Source: Xylographa opegraphella (taxonomy: Eukaryota). Taken from it: 64,000 nucleotides of DNA. This document shows, piece by piece, positions 13,653 to 28,124 of this stretch. Location of the stretch: NCBI GenBank assembly GCA_022813865.1, contig JALDZX010000033.1, positions 124,001 through 188,000 on the forward strand. Direction: 5' to 3'. How positions within the stretch are numbered: position 1 is the stretch's first letter; each line of letters begins with the position of its first letter. Under the pieces are notes generated by a model. It was not told where the DNA came from. It did no database searches and was given only the letters and a program-made list of their open reading frames with translations. The position numbers were made by a program, and so were the translations under genes.

Positions 13653-15432
13653 ATGGCCAACGCTTCGGATGAGAAACACCATGCGAATGCCGAGCCTGGT
13701 GTTGTGACGGCAGCCTCAAAGCAGGATTTGCAAAGTCCCCAGATCGATATCGCCAATAATCACGACATTGATGGCGAGGTCGATCTCCCTCGTCCAGCAG
13801 GGTGGATGTACAAGAGCTTCAGAATCGGTCCAATCGTTATCCCGTGGTATGCTTCACCACCGACACAGCTCTTCATCGTGGCATTGGTGTGCTTCCTCAA
13901 CCCAGGTGTATTCAACGCTTTGAATGGTTTGGGGGGGGGAGGGCAGCTCAATGCCACTGTTGCCGATAATGCTAACGTGGCTGTCTACTCAACATTCTCT
14001 ATCGTCGGTTTTTTTGCCGGGTCTTTGGTCAATCGACTGGGTATCAGACTGACGCTCAGCTTTGGTGGTCTTGGCTACTTTCTATATATCGCGAGCTACT
14101 TGAGCTACAACCACAATGCCAATTCAGGATTTGTGACGTTTGCAGGCGCTTTCCTAGGGCTCTGTGCAGGGCTGCTGTGGTCAGCGCAGGGAGCCATCAT
14201 GCTCAGTTACCCACCTGAACGGTCCAAGGGAAAATATATCTCTTGGTTCTGGATGATCTTCAATCTGGGAGGTGTGATAGGAAGTCTAGTTCCGCTGGGA
14301 CAGAACATCAACTCTACTGCTGGAGCTGTGAACGATGGTACCTACATCGGGTTTATGGTATTGACATTGATTGGTACGGTACTGGCATGGTTTCTTGTTG
14401 ATGCACGCCACGTTCGAAGGGTCGACGGATCGAAAGTCATCCTTATGAAACAGTAAGTTGTTGCATCTTTCCTCTTCTGTACATGTCGCTAACTAATTTG
14501 GCTAGCCCTACATGGCGGACGGAAATTCTTGCCGTGTGGGAGGTACTTTCAACCGAGAGTTACATTATTCTCCTTTTCCCGCTCTTCTTTGCCAGTAATT
14601 GGTTCTACAGCTACCAATTCAATGATGTCAACGGTGCGGTATTCAATATTAGAACCCGCGCCTTAAATAATGTTTTGTATTGGACCAGTCAGATAGTCGG
14701 TGCTTTCGTCTTCGGTGAGTGTTTTCCTTGCTTTTTATTCATATGTACTTTGATTGTTAATGGTATTGCAGGCTATGCTCTCGACATTGAGTCTGTACGG
14801 CGATCTATCAAGGCTAGAGCCGCACTAGTGGTCCTCTTTGTTCTCACTATGGGTAAGTGTAAGGCTGTTTTGACCCCTATCTTCGAAGGCTAAGCAACCC
14901 ATAGTCATTTGGGGAGGTGGCTATGCATTTCAGAAGAACTATGACAGAGCGGCGACTGAGGCCAAGGACTACATCACGATGGACTGGACCACAAATGGGT
15001 ATGTAGGACCGATGTTTCTTTACATTTTCTATGGGTTTTTCGACGCGGCCTGGCAAACGACGACGTACTGGTTCATGGGGTCTCTGTCCAACAATTCAAG
15101 AAAGCTTGCCAACTTTGTCGGATTCTACAAAGGTATCCAGGTAAGATTTGAATCGGCAGCCGCCCGTCAATCAGCCGAGTGTGTCGCTTACTCCATTATA
15201 GTCAGCTGGAGCGGCCATCAGCTACCGCATTGATGCGCTGAAGGCACCGTTTATGAACGAGTTTGCATCGAACTGGGCGCTTCTAGCTGGTAGCCTGCTT
15301 ATTGCGGCACCAGTGATCTTGATGAAAATCAAAGACACGGTACCGATCGAGGAGGACCTAAAGTTCAGTGACGAAACGCTCGAGGATGTGAAAGGGGTGG
15401 GAATGGATACGGAATTGGTCAGGAATTACTAG
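13653..15432 (+). CDS. UNC-93-like MFS transporter
   Basis: PGVFNALNGLGGGG, GLLWSAQGAIMLSYP, WMIFNLGGVIG, FFASNWFYSYQFN, GFYKGIQSAG. Introns 14453-14505, 14715-14771, 14853-14903, 15141-15201. Stop TAG at 15430-15432. Confidence 0.88.
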
Positions 15433-15720
15433 GCATCCTCCTCACGAACAGTGCAATTGCGCTGTGACGACACAGATGGTCACCTTCACCGTCTTCGTAC
15501 AATTGATAATACGTGGGGTTATGTTTACATGTACTCGTACCCTCCTCGACTCCCAGAGGACGAATGAAATCCACATTGCAGACATCTCATAGACACTCTG
15601 CCTAACTTACCCAGTCTAAACTCCGTTCCGAAGACACACGTATGCTGTGACGCCGAATCGCTCTTCTGGTCCCAGGCTTCCATTTCCCAGATCAGAAACT
15701 CCGTTGTCGCTATCGGAGTG

Positions 15721-15786
15721 TCTCCCTTGTCTAGGTACTTTACGCAGTGGCTCTCCCTTGTCTAGGTACTTTACGCAGTGGCTCTC
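15721..15786. repeat. Perfect 31-bp direct tandem duplication upstream of the CYP52 gene
   Basis: tctcccttgtctaggtactttacgcagtggc occurs twice in tandem, followed by tctc. Confidence 0.95.
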
Positions 15787-16440
15787 GGGAACCTCGGTTC
15801 CGAGTCCGCCCTAGTATCCTTGTCGACGCGTTTATTGTAGCAGACCGCGCGGCGACGCCGTAGCATATCCTAGCCGTAGCCGTGACCTCGGCGTTACGCG
15901 TACTCCGTACTTTACGGTTTCAGCCCCGTCAAGTTTACCGAATGGCCAACCTTGACAGCGTTTCCGTCCTCAATACTCTGCCGTTCTTGAGAAGTGTCAC
16001 AGTGCTGTGCCCATGGCGAGGATCTCGCATGTGCCCTTTTCAAGAGGTGTAGTCGTGGCAGGATCGTTGAGAGGCAAGCTATAATCCCCATCCTCAAGAG
16101 CAAACCGTAAGCGCGGTGAAACTAGGACAGCTGAATGCGCGAAGGATTACCAATCTGTGCTACCTTAGTTCGAGCTCCGGAGTTGAACCCAGCGCCGGGC
16201 ACGCTTAAAGGCGGACTCCGCTTTTGGACGCTGCAGCTGAGTACATGACTTGCGACGACAGCTAATATATACTGAGCAACTGTGTCTGCTTTTCTCCATC
16301 TCCATATCCCTTCTGCCTCGTATTCAAACAGTGCGAATTGATTTCTAGAGGTTTATCTTCACTCCAGCAACTAACAGGCGCCGGAGTACACTCGTACATA
16401 TCTTCTACATACGCTAACTCGCTATAACCTATAAGCAAAC

Positions 16441-18284
16441 ATGCCTACCCTATTCGTCTCGAACGTGGTTCAAGCTTTTTCTGGGCTTGTCATTGTCTCA
16501 ATACTGTATTATGTTTACTGGGAATTGACCGTTGGTGACTCACGGCGTCGGATGATCAAAGAGCACGGATGCAAGCCAGCCGTGACATGTCCATCTTCCG
16601 ATCCATTTCTGGGACTCGATGTCTTCCTTTCGAATCGTAATGCTTTGAAGGAACATAGACAACTCGCCAAGACGAGAGAGAGATTCACGTCTCTAAACGT
16701 CAATACCTTCCAGATCAAAATGCTTTTTCAGACGATCACGGTCACAATCGAGCCGGAGAACTTGAAAGCCGTTCAGTCTATCCAATTCAAGCAATTCGGC
16801 CTCGGATCTCGTCGCATAAAATCGTTCAGACCCTTTTTAGGGAAGGGGATCTTCACTACTGATGGGGCGGCGTGGTCACATTCAAGGGAAATGCTGAGGC
16901 CCAACTTTACCAGAAGTCAGGTTGGAGACCTAACAACGTTCGATACACATGTCAATCATCTTATTTCGGCGATCCCGCGCGACGGCTCAACTGTCGATCT
17001 GCAAGACTTGTTCTTCAGACTTACCATCGACTCCGCCACCGAGTTCCTCTTTGGAGAATCGACGAACTGTCTTGCACCTGGGAATTCCACAGTTTCGGCC
17101 AGGCAGTTTGCGGTGTCGTTCATGAGGGGCCAGGAGAACATTTCGAAGAATGCCCGATTTGGCCCACTAGCTAATCTTTTTGTGGACAGTCAGTTTAAGA
17201 AAGATTGTGACTTCGTGCATGGTAAAGCCCTCCCATGTGAGCGCTATTTTCATTCCAGATGCTTATACTTCGACAGACTTTGTGGATAGCTTCGTCGAGA
17301 AAGGTCTCACATATAAGAATTCAGCCGCCGCTGAAAAGGGCGATGGACGCTATGTGTTCTGCTACGAACTTGTGAAGCAAACGCAGGATAAGGTTCAGAT
17401 CAGGAGTGAACTGCTGAACATCCTTCTCGCGGGACGCGATACAACTGCATCTCTTTTGTCTGACTTGTGGTTCGAACTGGCCAGGAGACCGGACATCTGG
17501 GCTAAGCTTCGGGCCGAGGTTGATGAGCTTGGAGGCGAGAAGCCCACGTTTGCGGAGATCAAAGACATGAAGTACCTCCGCTACGTGCTGAATGAGTGTC
17601 TCAGGTCAGTTGTGCTTCCCTGATGGTTGCGAACTGACTGCTAAGCTATTACGTAGACTTCATCCTGTGGTTCCAGGTAAACCAGGCCACTCCTATGTTA
17701 AGCACATCTAACACTCAGACAGCCAACTCTCGCGAAGCTTTTGAAGATACTGTCCTGCCCGTAGGTGGCGGGCCAGACGGAAAGTCTCCTCTGTTTATCC
17801 CCAAGGGAAGAGTGGTGGCCTGGTCCGTCTACACCATGCACCGCCGTAAAGATTACTTCGGTGAGGATGCGGACGATTTCCGGCCGGAAAGATGGGAGAC
17901 GTTGAGACCTGGCTGGGAGTATGTCACGGTGGTGACAACTCTATTCTCGTGCTCTCGCTAATAGAGACCACCCAGATACTTACCCTTCAACGGCGGTCCC
18001 CGTATTTGTATAGGACGTACGTTCTCCTCTAGTTTCGTATCCTCAGTATCCGGCTGCGTTCTGACAGGTTTCTAGAACAATTCGCGCTCACGGAGGCGAG
18101 TTACACCACTATTCGCTTGATGCAGGAGTTCAAAACGCTCGAAAGTCGGGATGATGTGAGACTCCGGCGCCAGAGGATGTGCGACAAGTATATGCTAATG
18201 GGTGTGTAGCGACCATGGACCGAGTGGCTCACGCTTACTTGCACCGGGCTTCACGGCGCAAAGGTGGCTCTGACGCCAGCATAA
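16441..18284 (+). CDS. Cytochrome P450, CYP52 clan (alkane/fatty-acid hydroxylase-like)
   Basis: [49 protein letters not shown] (heme Cys). Introns 17222-17276, 17605-17656, 17677-17722, 17919-17975, 18017-18075, 18156-18209. Confidence 0.93.
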
Positions 18285-18620
18285 GCAGCTCGTAAAATAG
18301 GGGCTCGATTCGGCGAATATGGTTGCGTCGGTTTTCTGTACGAGGTTTGAGGTCCTGAAGTAACCCGAAAAGGGGGGTTGAATGTCATATCCTGTCTGGT
18401 ATCATGTCCTCATTAGTAACGCCTTAATATCAACGATTCACGCCCTTCTTCGATGGCACGGCATGATCAATACTCAATCATCCACCAGAGCGTGTCTGCA
18501 ATGGTGAATGATCATTGGTATACAACGTCACCAACCTCATCTCGCCTCTGTCTTCGCCCTCGCAACGTTCTCCAATTTCCCATACTGCAATGTCCCCCTT
18601 GCCGAAACCGTCCACATGCA

Positions 18621-18660
18621 TTCCATCCTTCCTTCCTTCCTTCCTTCCTTCCTTCATTCC
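18621..18660. repeat. (TTCC)n microsatellite
   Basis: ttccatccttccttccttccttccttccttccttcattcc. Confidence 0.9.
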
Positions 18661-19540
18661 CTCGCACTCACCTTACCCCCCAACACTTCGCTCTCCTGCC
18701 TCAACAACCCTACAATGCCACATCGGAATTACCCTGCACGAACCTATCAGCCACAGTACTGTGAGCATCACAACTGCAGCCCCTCCATCCTCATCACCCT
18801 GCACCAGCATGCCCAGACACTCGCACGACCCTACACCTAATGCGGTACTTGAGCGGCCGGGACCAAGACACTGGATTTCTTCTTTGCTTTCCGTTTGCCT
18901 CAGTAAGGTAGGTATCTTAAGGTACCTCAGACGTGTTGTGCGCTAAGCCCTTACGGATTAGTGCGCCACATCTGAGGGATTGAGGTAATTATCAATCTAG
19001 CGAGTTGTATCCATCTTCCAAGTTTGTAGAGAGAGCTAGCCAGGGCTCGTGCTAGAAAGCTAAGGGTGTTGTCGACAGCGCCTTTGTTTGATTGTTTACT
19101 CTGTAGCTGATTTCAGGTAAGAAGTCGAGGACGCTTTCCCGGCACGCTATTGGCTCATCAAGCCCGCGGCAACAATAGCAACCGCCGAGATATTTTTACA
19201 CGTTACAATTCTCAGATAATCACCACAGTGCATGTCAAAATGGACAGAAACCTGTGCTTTGACAATTCGTTTCTTTGTACTAATACAATGCGATATCTTC
19301 TGCTGTTTACAAGTTTCTTTCGCAGTTACCACACTGGCTTTGTTCCAATGACTCAAATGGTTGACTTGCTCAAATATGTCCTTTGTGTGCTTTCATTCAA
19401 TGAGAGCAATGTCATAACGCCAACAAATTTCTTGCCAGCAGCCTCGAGTTGATCTCGGTTCCCTTAAAATTACTCTTCACCTCAGGAAGGTAGTGAGATC
19501 GCATTATTTTCTCCAATACAGTCCCCAACACGCCATAATC

Positions 19541-20232
19541 ATGACGCCTGCAGCCTCGAGCGCTACATCTCGATCGAATGTTCCCGTGGCAGCCTCATCA
19601 ACTCCCGTACGACCACATATCGTCACACAACCTTCGATCCACACCCGCTACGTGGAAATGCTGCTCGACCTCGACAAAATCCCTCGGCTTCACAATATTT
19701 GCGCCTCGTTCTTCACTTGGCTACTGCTTGCCGGCTACGTCGTCTTCCCAGCCACTTTCACAACCGTCAACAAGGATAACAAAATCACGCAAGCAGCGCA
19801 GACCGAGTTTGAGCGTCAAATTCTGACCGAAGTAAGGAATGTCCCTCTGCTGTATATCGCTGCAGTCTGCTGTATTGTGGGCGGCAGCGGTATGATATGG
19901 CTCTGGTGGAAGTGGAGGTCGAATTACGTATGGATGATCAATCGTATATTCTTGTAATTGTGCTCTCTTATCCATGTCTCCCCAGTCTACATAACTAACT
20001 TACGTCTAGGCCTGGTCTTCTGAATTCCGTCGCGGGAGTCATCTCCACGCTTGTTAACATCTACAGCGCACAGAATGGGGATTTTTCGGTCACGGCCAAA
20101 GTAACAGTGATAGCTACAGGAGTTTGTGCAGCCATCACGGCCTTATTGTTCCTTCTCTACAACAATTGGGCACTGTCTCGGGTCAAAGAGAGACACCAGA
20201 AAGAGATGGATAGGGAAGCCATAAAGGTATAG
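19541..20232 (+). CDS. Small multi-pass membrane protein of unknown function
   Basis: RYVEMLLDLDKIPRLHNICASFFTWLLLAGYVVFPATF and about four hydrophobic segments. Intron 19954-20010 continues PGLLNSVAGVISTLVNIYS... to TAG at 20232. Confidence 0.8.
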
Positions 20233-20725
20233 CTGGCAGAGTCTACTTAGAGAAGAGTGAGAGTCGACTGTGGTGTCCCGGAGTTCAGTCTGAGTCTGCG
20301 AATAACTGTTCGACGATTGCCTCAGTTACTGGTGAATCGATATATTTAACTGTGCTCCCTATTACAAACTGAGTCACCTAAGGCCGCTAAAATGGCGATA
20401 TATGGTATGACAAACCAAGTCTCAACTATGAGTTCGAGTCAGCAGGATTCGAGCCAAATAGCACTCAATGTTGACCGCGAAAAGGCCTCCTCGGATAGTA
20501 TATTTTCACGGCGTTTTCTAGAAATCAAATTCCCGCTTTGTCTGGCCCGAAGATCATGGTAGTGAGTATGTACGGCGTTTTCTGCCTTCTTGACCAAATT
20601 TCTTGAGAAGAATTCAAAGGCAGCGATTCGAAGGTAAAAGCGTGAAAATCATGGACAGATCTTGCTGGAAGTGCTGAGAAGGCCTGACCACTACATCATA
20701 ATGCTCTCGTTCATGATCCGAAAGT

Positions 20726-21723
20726 TTATGATGATGTGGGAGATGTGAAGAACGTTTGCGACTTCGAATCATTCGTACATATATTTCTTATCATTGTCTC
20801 GATCTCTTTATCCGACATGCCCTTGATTCCGAATAGATCATTGTCCAGCTTCTTGAAAGGCTGCCCATATGCTTCCCCGCCGAAATACATTCGGAACACA
20901 GAGCCAGACATACTCATGGGGTTTGGATCCTTTCGTTCGTACGCAGCCGACGCTTGCTTTTCCAGCTCCACTGTGCTCGCATCTTTCAGATCCCATTTGC
21001 CAGGGTTTACCTTGTTTGTCAGCTCCATGAGTTTGTTCTGCGAGATGGCTGCGTCTTGAATATAGACTCCTCGATTCTTTGTTTCCTCTGGTTGCAGAAG
21101 GCAACCAGTAATACCCTTAGCAACGGTGGCGATGGTGGTGGTACTGATCATGGTCTTCCCTCCATCATAGAGCGTTCCCGTCCGGTTCTTGACCCCAAGA
21201 ATCATCCCGTTCCCCAGGCCCCAGTCGAAGAACAATCCAGTAAAGAGGAGCGAATACGTCATGCCACTCTGTTCATACTTCTCCGCCAGCATTTTCTGAA
21301 CTTGGACTTTACTCTGCAGTATCGGAAAAGCTCGGGTTTGCTGGTTCAGTGTATCGGCACCGAATTCCGCGGGAATGAAGCGCTTGACTCCGAGGAAACT
21401 CGCTGCTTCGACGAGGTTGGGCTGACAGCCGAGTGCGAACGGGCCGATACACGAAACGACCGCATCTTGTCCCTTCAGGGCCGTGGTCAATGACTCGATG
21501 GAATCGTAGTCGACCGTGACGATGCGGACGCCGGCTGGGATGCTAGACGTGGAGCCACCTCGACCGAGCGCTGTTACTGTGAAGCCTGCCGTCTGAAGTG
21601 CGTGTACTGTCGCAAGGCCAATGTTGCCGGTAGCCTGGAAAGACTGTTAGCAGGCACGGAAGGGGCAGGTACCTGGGAGTAGGAGTATACCCCTGCAACT
21701 GCGACATTCTTTATTTGTGACAT
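20726..21723 (-). CDS. NmrA-like / isoflavone reductase-like NAD(P)-binding oxidoreductase
   Basis: MSQIKNVAVAG|ATGNIG Rossmann motif split by an intron (about 21690-21635), ALKGQDAVVS, VKRFIPAEFG, TGLFFDW. Confidence 0.88.
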
Positions 21724-22407
21724 GATAGCACTATCAACTCATGAGAATAGATGTAAAAAGGGTTTCTCGAACGGTCAATAATGTTGACGTATTATACGGC
21801 TGTCATTGCTCTTATACGAGCCAAACGTCGAATACATAAGTGTATAGCTTACCAACTCCTATCCTTCATAGCTGCACAAAATTTCACAAAATGTAGGAAT
21901 GCGCACAGACCTAAGAGGGAACTCGTGAGCGCATCAGTAGCTGACAAAAACATTAAGTACACGAAAATCCATAAAATATGAGTCAGTATCTCTAGAGGTC
22001 GAACGGATGTTCCGTATCTGCCTTGCGTTCTGCAAGCTGGCACATTCCCCGCAGTGCGACGACTTCAACCCGTCATGCCTCTTCAATCCAGCTCTCTGGT
22101 TCTGACTGACCGCTTCTCAACATGTCCGCTTTGAATCATGATCTGACTCAAGCTAATGCCGCGCCTTCCTTACCATTTCTTGACAATTCCAGTTCTTTCC
22201 GGGTTTTGCAAGCGTGCAACGTTCCTTCTCCTGCACTTCTGCTTCTCCGGCGATGCGTCTTGAAGTCTTTCTATCTCACAATCTTGAGAGTCACACCGTG
22301 ACCTTCATCGCTACCTACTCATGTGTTCATCCGGTTGACGCCCATTGCACCTCGTATTGACAACCTCTTATCCCTACTCATCCCCATCTCCCATCCACTT
22401 TACAACT

Positions 22408-23597
22408 ATGTCACCCATCATTTCCGCAAACCAGACCGGACCCCCCGCTCGCAGGGCAAGGAAACGTCAGCGCAGGCGCGGCAGGAACAGCACCGAGGAC
22501 AAGGTCAGCTTGGAATATGGTGTAATAAAGTCGGGCAAAGAAGACATCGATAGTTCTAGGATGAGAGCAATATCGGAAGATGCTGTCATAACGAGTGAGT
22601 AGTCCAGAACCTCTCTGGATGATTCAAGTCCGGCTTTGCTCGATAGACATCATTTTACTCCTGGTCTGAGACCTGCGAGTGGCAACGAAGAAGCGTAGGT
22701 TATACTAACTTGCTGGCTTCATCGCGTGAAGATAGTCACGAAGTTACGCTACTTTCGCCTGTCACCAATGCTAACCCTGGAACTTCGTCAACGAAACAAG
22801 AAGCACGGACCGTCGCGGTAGCTTGCGCCTCAAAGCAACCTCACATGAATGATATAGTCTTAGCGCCACCACAATCAGCGTTCACTTTCTCGTGCTCTCG
22901 CCCAGTATCGACGACATCGAACGTCCGTGGTTATGCAGGATCCCAAAGAAACACGCCAGTTCGAGTATCAGCAGCCGGTTCTCCTTGTCCAAAGGTGTCG
23001 ACCTCCTCGCCAAGGCTGCTTGGAAATGGCGAACTCTCGGGCGAGGGACTCTCAAATAGAGGCGAAGCAACTGCGGACAAGATATTATTAAGCACAGAGA
23101 TCATCAAGCCTGGACTGCAATCTCATGCCCACAAGGGAGTAGCGCTCATACAACCACAATCCGTCAATAATATGGTCGATTGTAATCTCGCCCTGCCTCA
23201 CAAAGTCGGCACCGATGGAGTTGCATGCGGATGGCCGATGCCCGAACCATTGATCATGGCTCCTGCCACCAAGGATCGCAAATCCCGCTTCCTGCCTGCA
23301 TTATCGAAGATGATCACGACCGATAGCCAGTCGTTGGCTGGAGGAAACGAGGCTCCCACTGGAACGATCGTCCGCGAACTTGTCGCTTCTCCCGTAAGCT
23401 ACACTGACGCTCTCGAGCATCAGGTCGCGGATCCGGTTGTCGACCCGAAACCTGCAAGCTCGCGTGGAAGCACAGATTCAGGCTACGGAACGAAGAGCAG
23501 GAGCCCTAGCATCGAAGCCAGCCCGACGTGGAGTCATAGTCCGGGTAGTGAGCACGACTGGGAGGGGACGGACGTCAGATTCTGGATGAGGGAGTAG
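22408..23597 (+). CDS. Hypothetical low-complexity protein (possible orphan gene)
   Basis: Exon 1 with basic patch RRARKRQRRR. Candidate intron 22595-22731 (GTGAGT...CTAAC...AAG) joins in frame to a roughly 290-codon Ser/Pro-rich ORF. No recognisable domain. Confidence 0.4.
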
Positions 23598-24260
23598 ATG
23601 CTTGGAGAAGTCCACACTGTCCTCGAAAGACCCTTGATGTGGAGCACTGGAAAGCGAGGGAGTGTGCGAACACGCGTAGGATATTGCGCTCGGACAGCTC
23701 GTGCTCTGCCATGCGAAGTATTGTTGACTGGTCTATTAGATTGTGCAAGTGTGAGGGATTGGCAAGTGCACCTGAGGTTGTATTCGTATGGGATCCAGAA
23801 TGATTACGGTATTATGTACCTTAGTACTACATTCTCCTAAGATGCTTACGGGACACGATTCCTGGAGGGGTTTGACGCGCCATCACGTGAACTCGCCTAA
23901 TGGTGGTTGGACGCACGCGCCTTAATCAGCCAAAGTGGGGGCTGTTTCATCCACGCCACTCATCCTTCGGGTAAGCAAGTTCGGCCTATGAAACCCACGA
24001 ATCGTACTCCACCATGCAGTGCTTCATCTATTCTCATCTTTGGCATCGTGCAGATCCGTGCCTTGTGCCACAGGGCGTAGCAGCACCGGCATTCGAGAGT
24101 GGGAGCTACTCAGTAGCTGCGGCTGGCCATGAGCTGCATTGCCTCGATGGTGACTGTGCTTTGTCGCAAGTGTTTTAAATGCTCTTGCTGCTGATTTACC
24201 GTTCGCTTTCGCTCTCTTGTTCTGATCCACCATTTCGATTCACTGCACAATTTTGCAGCT

Positions 24261-24934
24261 ATGAAGTTATTCAACTCAGTACCTTTGCTTGCGGTCCTGC
24301 TTGTCCCGTTTGTGAGCTGCCAAAGTTTGGGTAATATCCCACAATGTGCTGTATGTGAATACACTGGCCCAGCCAATGTCTCGAGGCATACTAAAACTTG
24401 CTCCTAGCAATCAGCAGCTGTTTCGAGTTTGATCACCACAGGATGCGCCATTACAAACTATACGTGCTTTTGTGAGGATAAGTCCTGGATAAACGGACTT
24501 CTGCCGGTGGTGATGGGCGATTGCGATGCCGCCGACTTCCAAAGTAAGAACTTCTGATTTAGTCGGCGGTTCCGTTTGTTGACATAGGTTGCTTCTTAGC
24601 GACTGTGCAATTTGCACAACAATTATGTGGCAGCGTCCGAGTAAGTCTCAGTATCAGTGGCGTCAGCGCAGCGGCTTCCACGCCTGCCGCCACAGGAACA
24701 GCTTCATCGATCTCACCATTGTCTATGACTACGGTGACGAGCACCTCCGGCAGTCCAGTCATGTCCTCAAGTACCGACACTGCTTCGATGGCATCCGCTG
24801 CCGCCACTACAATGCCGACTACGAATGCGAGTTCCGCTCCAAGTCCTACTGCAGCTTCCTGGCTTATCCTTGGGCTTGCTTTGTGTCCTGCACTTGCGTC
24901 CATTGTCTTCATTTTCTTTGGAAGTATTGTCTAG
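24261..24934 (+). CDS. GPI-anchored CFEM-domain protein (6-Cys variant)
   Basis: Signal peptide, then IPQCA|QSAAVSSLITTGCAITNYTCFCEDKSWINGLLPVVMGDCDAADFQ|TTVQFAQQLC, a Ser/Thr-rich stalk and a hydrophobic C-terminus. Introns 24351-24407 and about 24544-24599. Confidence 0.85.
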
Positions 24935-25461
24935 GGTCACGGAAGTGCTGTGGGATAGATATAGTGACTCTGCATTTGTGAGTTTTGCTTCGGAGTAGAC
25001 CGAAACGATTTGAGTGCAAATGAATTTATGATGTTATGAGCTTTCGCAGCCACTTGTTGCACCTTGCGCCATAGGCAGCTCATAATTGCCTTCATATGTT
25101 CCTCCATCTGCAAAACGATTCTTAAACTACTACAATCCTACGGCCGTGCTGGAGACGGGAGTGAGCGAAAATGTACTGCAACCAAATTTGAGGATAGCCA
25201 CAATACTTCGTGATGAAGTGGCTCAAGCATGGGCAGATGTCGCCCTACTGTTTGAGCAAGATCATCATTGACAGGCGCTGTTCAGTGGCAACCCATGGCG
25301 GTAAGCACTAGCTTAGTGGTAGGAATGCGGGCCCACGCGACAATTACCCGATTTGTGATGCTACCTGAAACGACCCTCCTTGAACTTTGTCCAGCGACGA
25401 GGGATCGTTCCACACTTTCACAACTCTCCGATCAACAGCAGTATTGTAGGAGGTGAGCGTG

Positions 25462-27285
<1,824 letters not shown>

Positions 27286-28124
27286 AGATTGGTGGAATGG
27301 GTACCACCTCACCCCGCGATAACAAACCATAGTACGGAACTTAATGTTTGAAGTTGCGGAAGCGGGAATAACCGCTATATTTTCTGACCAAAATGTCCCG
27401 GTAACATTCAAGACCGAGACGCAATGGAACAACGCCAAGGTATTTTTGTGTTGTGTATAGGGGACATTGCGATAAACGGTAGAAGTGGCAATTCTTTGGT
27501 TCTTCACTACCTTATAAAGCGGGTCATAGATTCGATAGACAGATTGGGCCAAGTAATCATTGCATAAAGTCGACTTGACTTCAATGCCGGATTTTGTCTT
27601 GCGGGCCTCTTGTCATTATTGGTTGGGAGCGAGCTCAGAAAGTCCCAATGTTCCCATCAAAAGCATTCGCCTTGGATTCTGAGAAGATTGCTCTACTGCA
27701 GCTGGAGATGTGAAGAGGAATTAGTAGTTTTTGCCGGGTGGAGAATGATGCTGCGATAAACCCATCGCTCACTGGCTGCAAGCATTACTATACCATCCAG
27801 CTCGATATAAAATCTATAGTTTCCACTGTAGCAATAACTAGTCCAGGTTGCTGCATTCGCCATTCCGTTGGGGGAAAATATGGATTGTTGCATGATGACC
27901 AGCAGGATAGGTAGCAGTGATGCGCTCCCGGATCAACGAAAGTCCGTAAAGGCACTGATCGGACTTATCCTGGGGCTATTCTAGAATAAGCGGAGCCGCA
28001 GAGCCGCGAGGTTAGTAAGTTCAAGCGTGGGTGGGCTGTTTCGTAATACTTTGCAATAGCGAAGACGCACGAACGGATGCCAGCAAAGGTCCAAGTGGCC
28101 GTCTGACGTGGGGAGGCAGTCGAG

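Noticed and set aside
18453..18946. ORFs containing PSFL repeats
   Set aside because: Translation of the (TTCC)n microsatellite.
24940..25461. TR34-like tandem repeat in the CYP51 promoter
   Set aside because: No tandem duplication visible there. The 31-bp repeat lies about 10 kb away, upstream of the CYP52.
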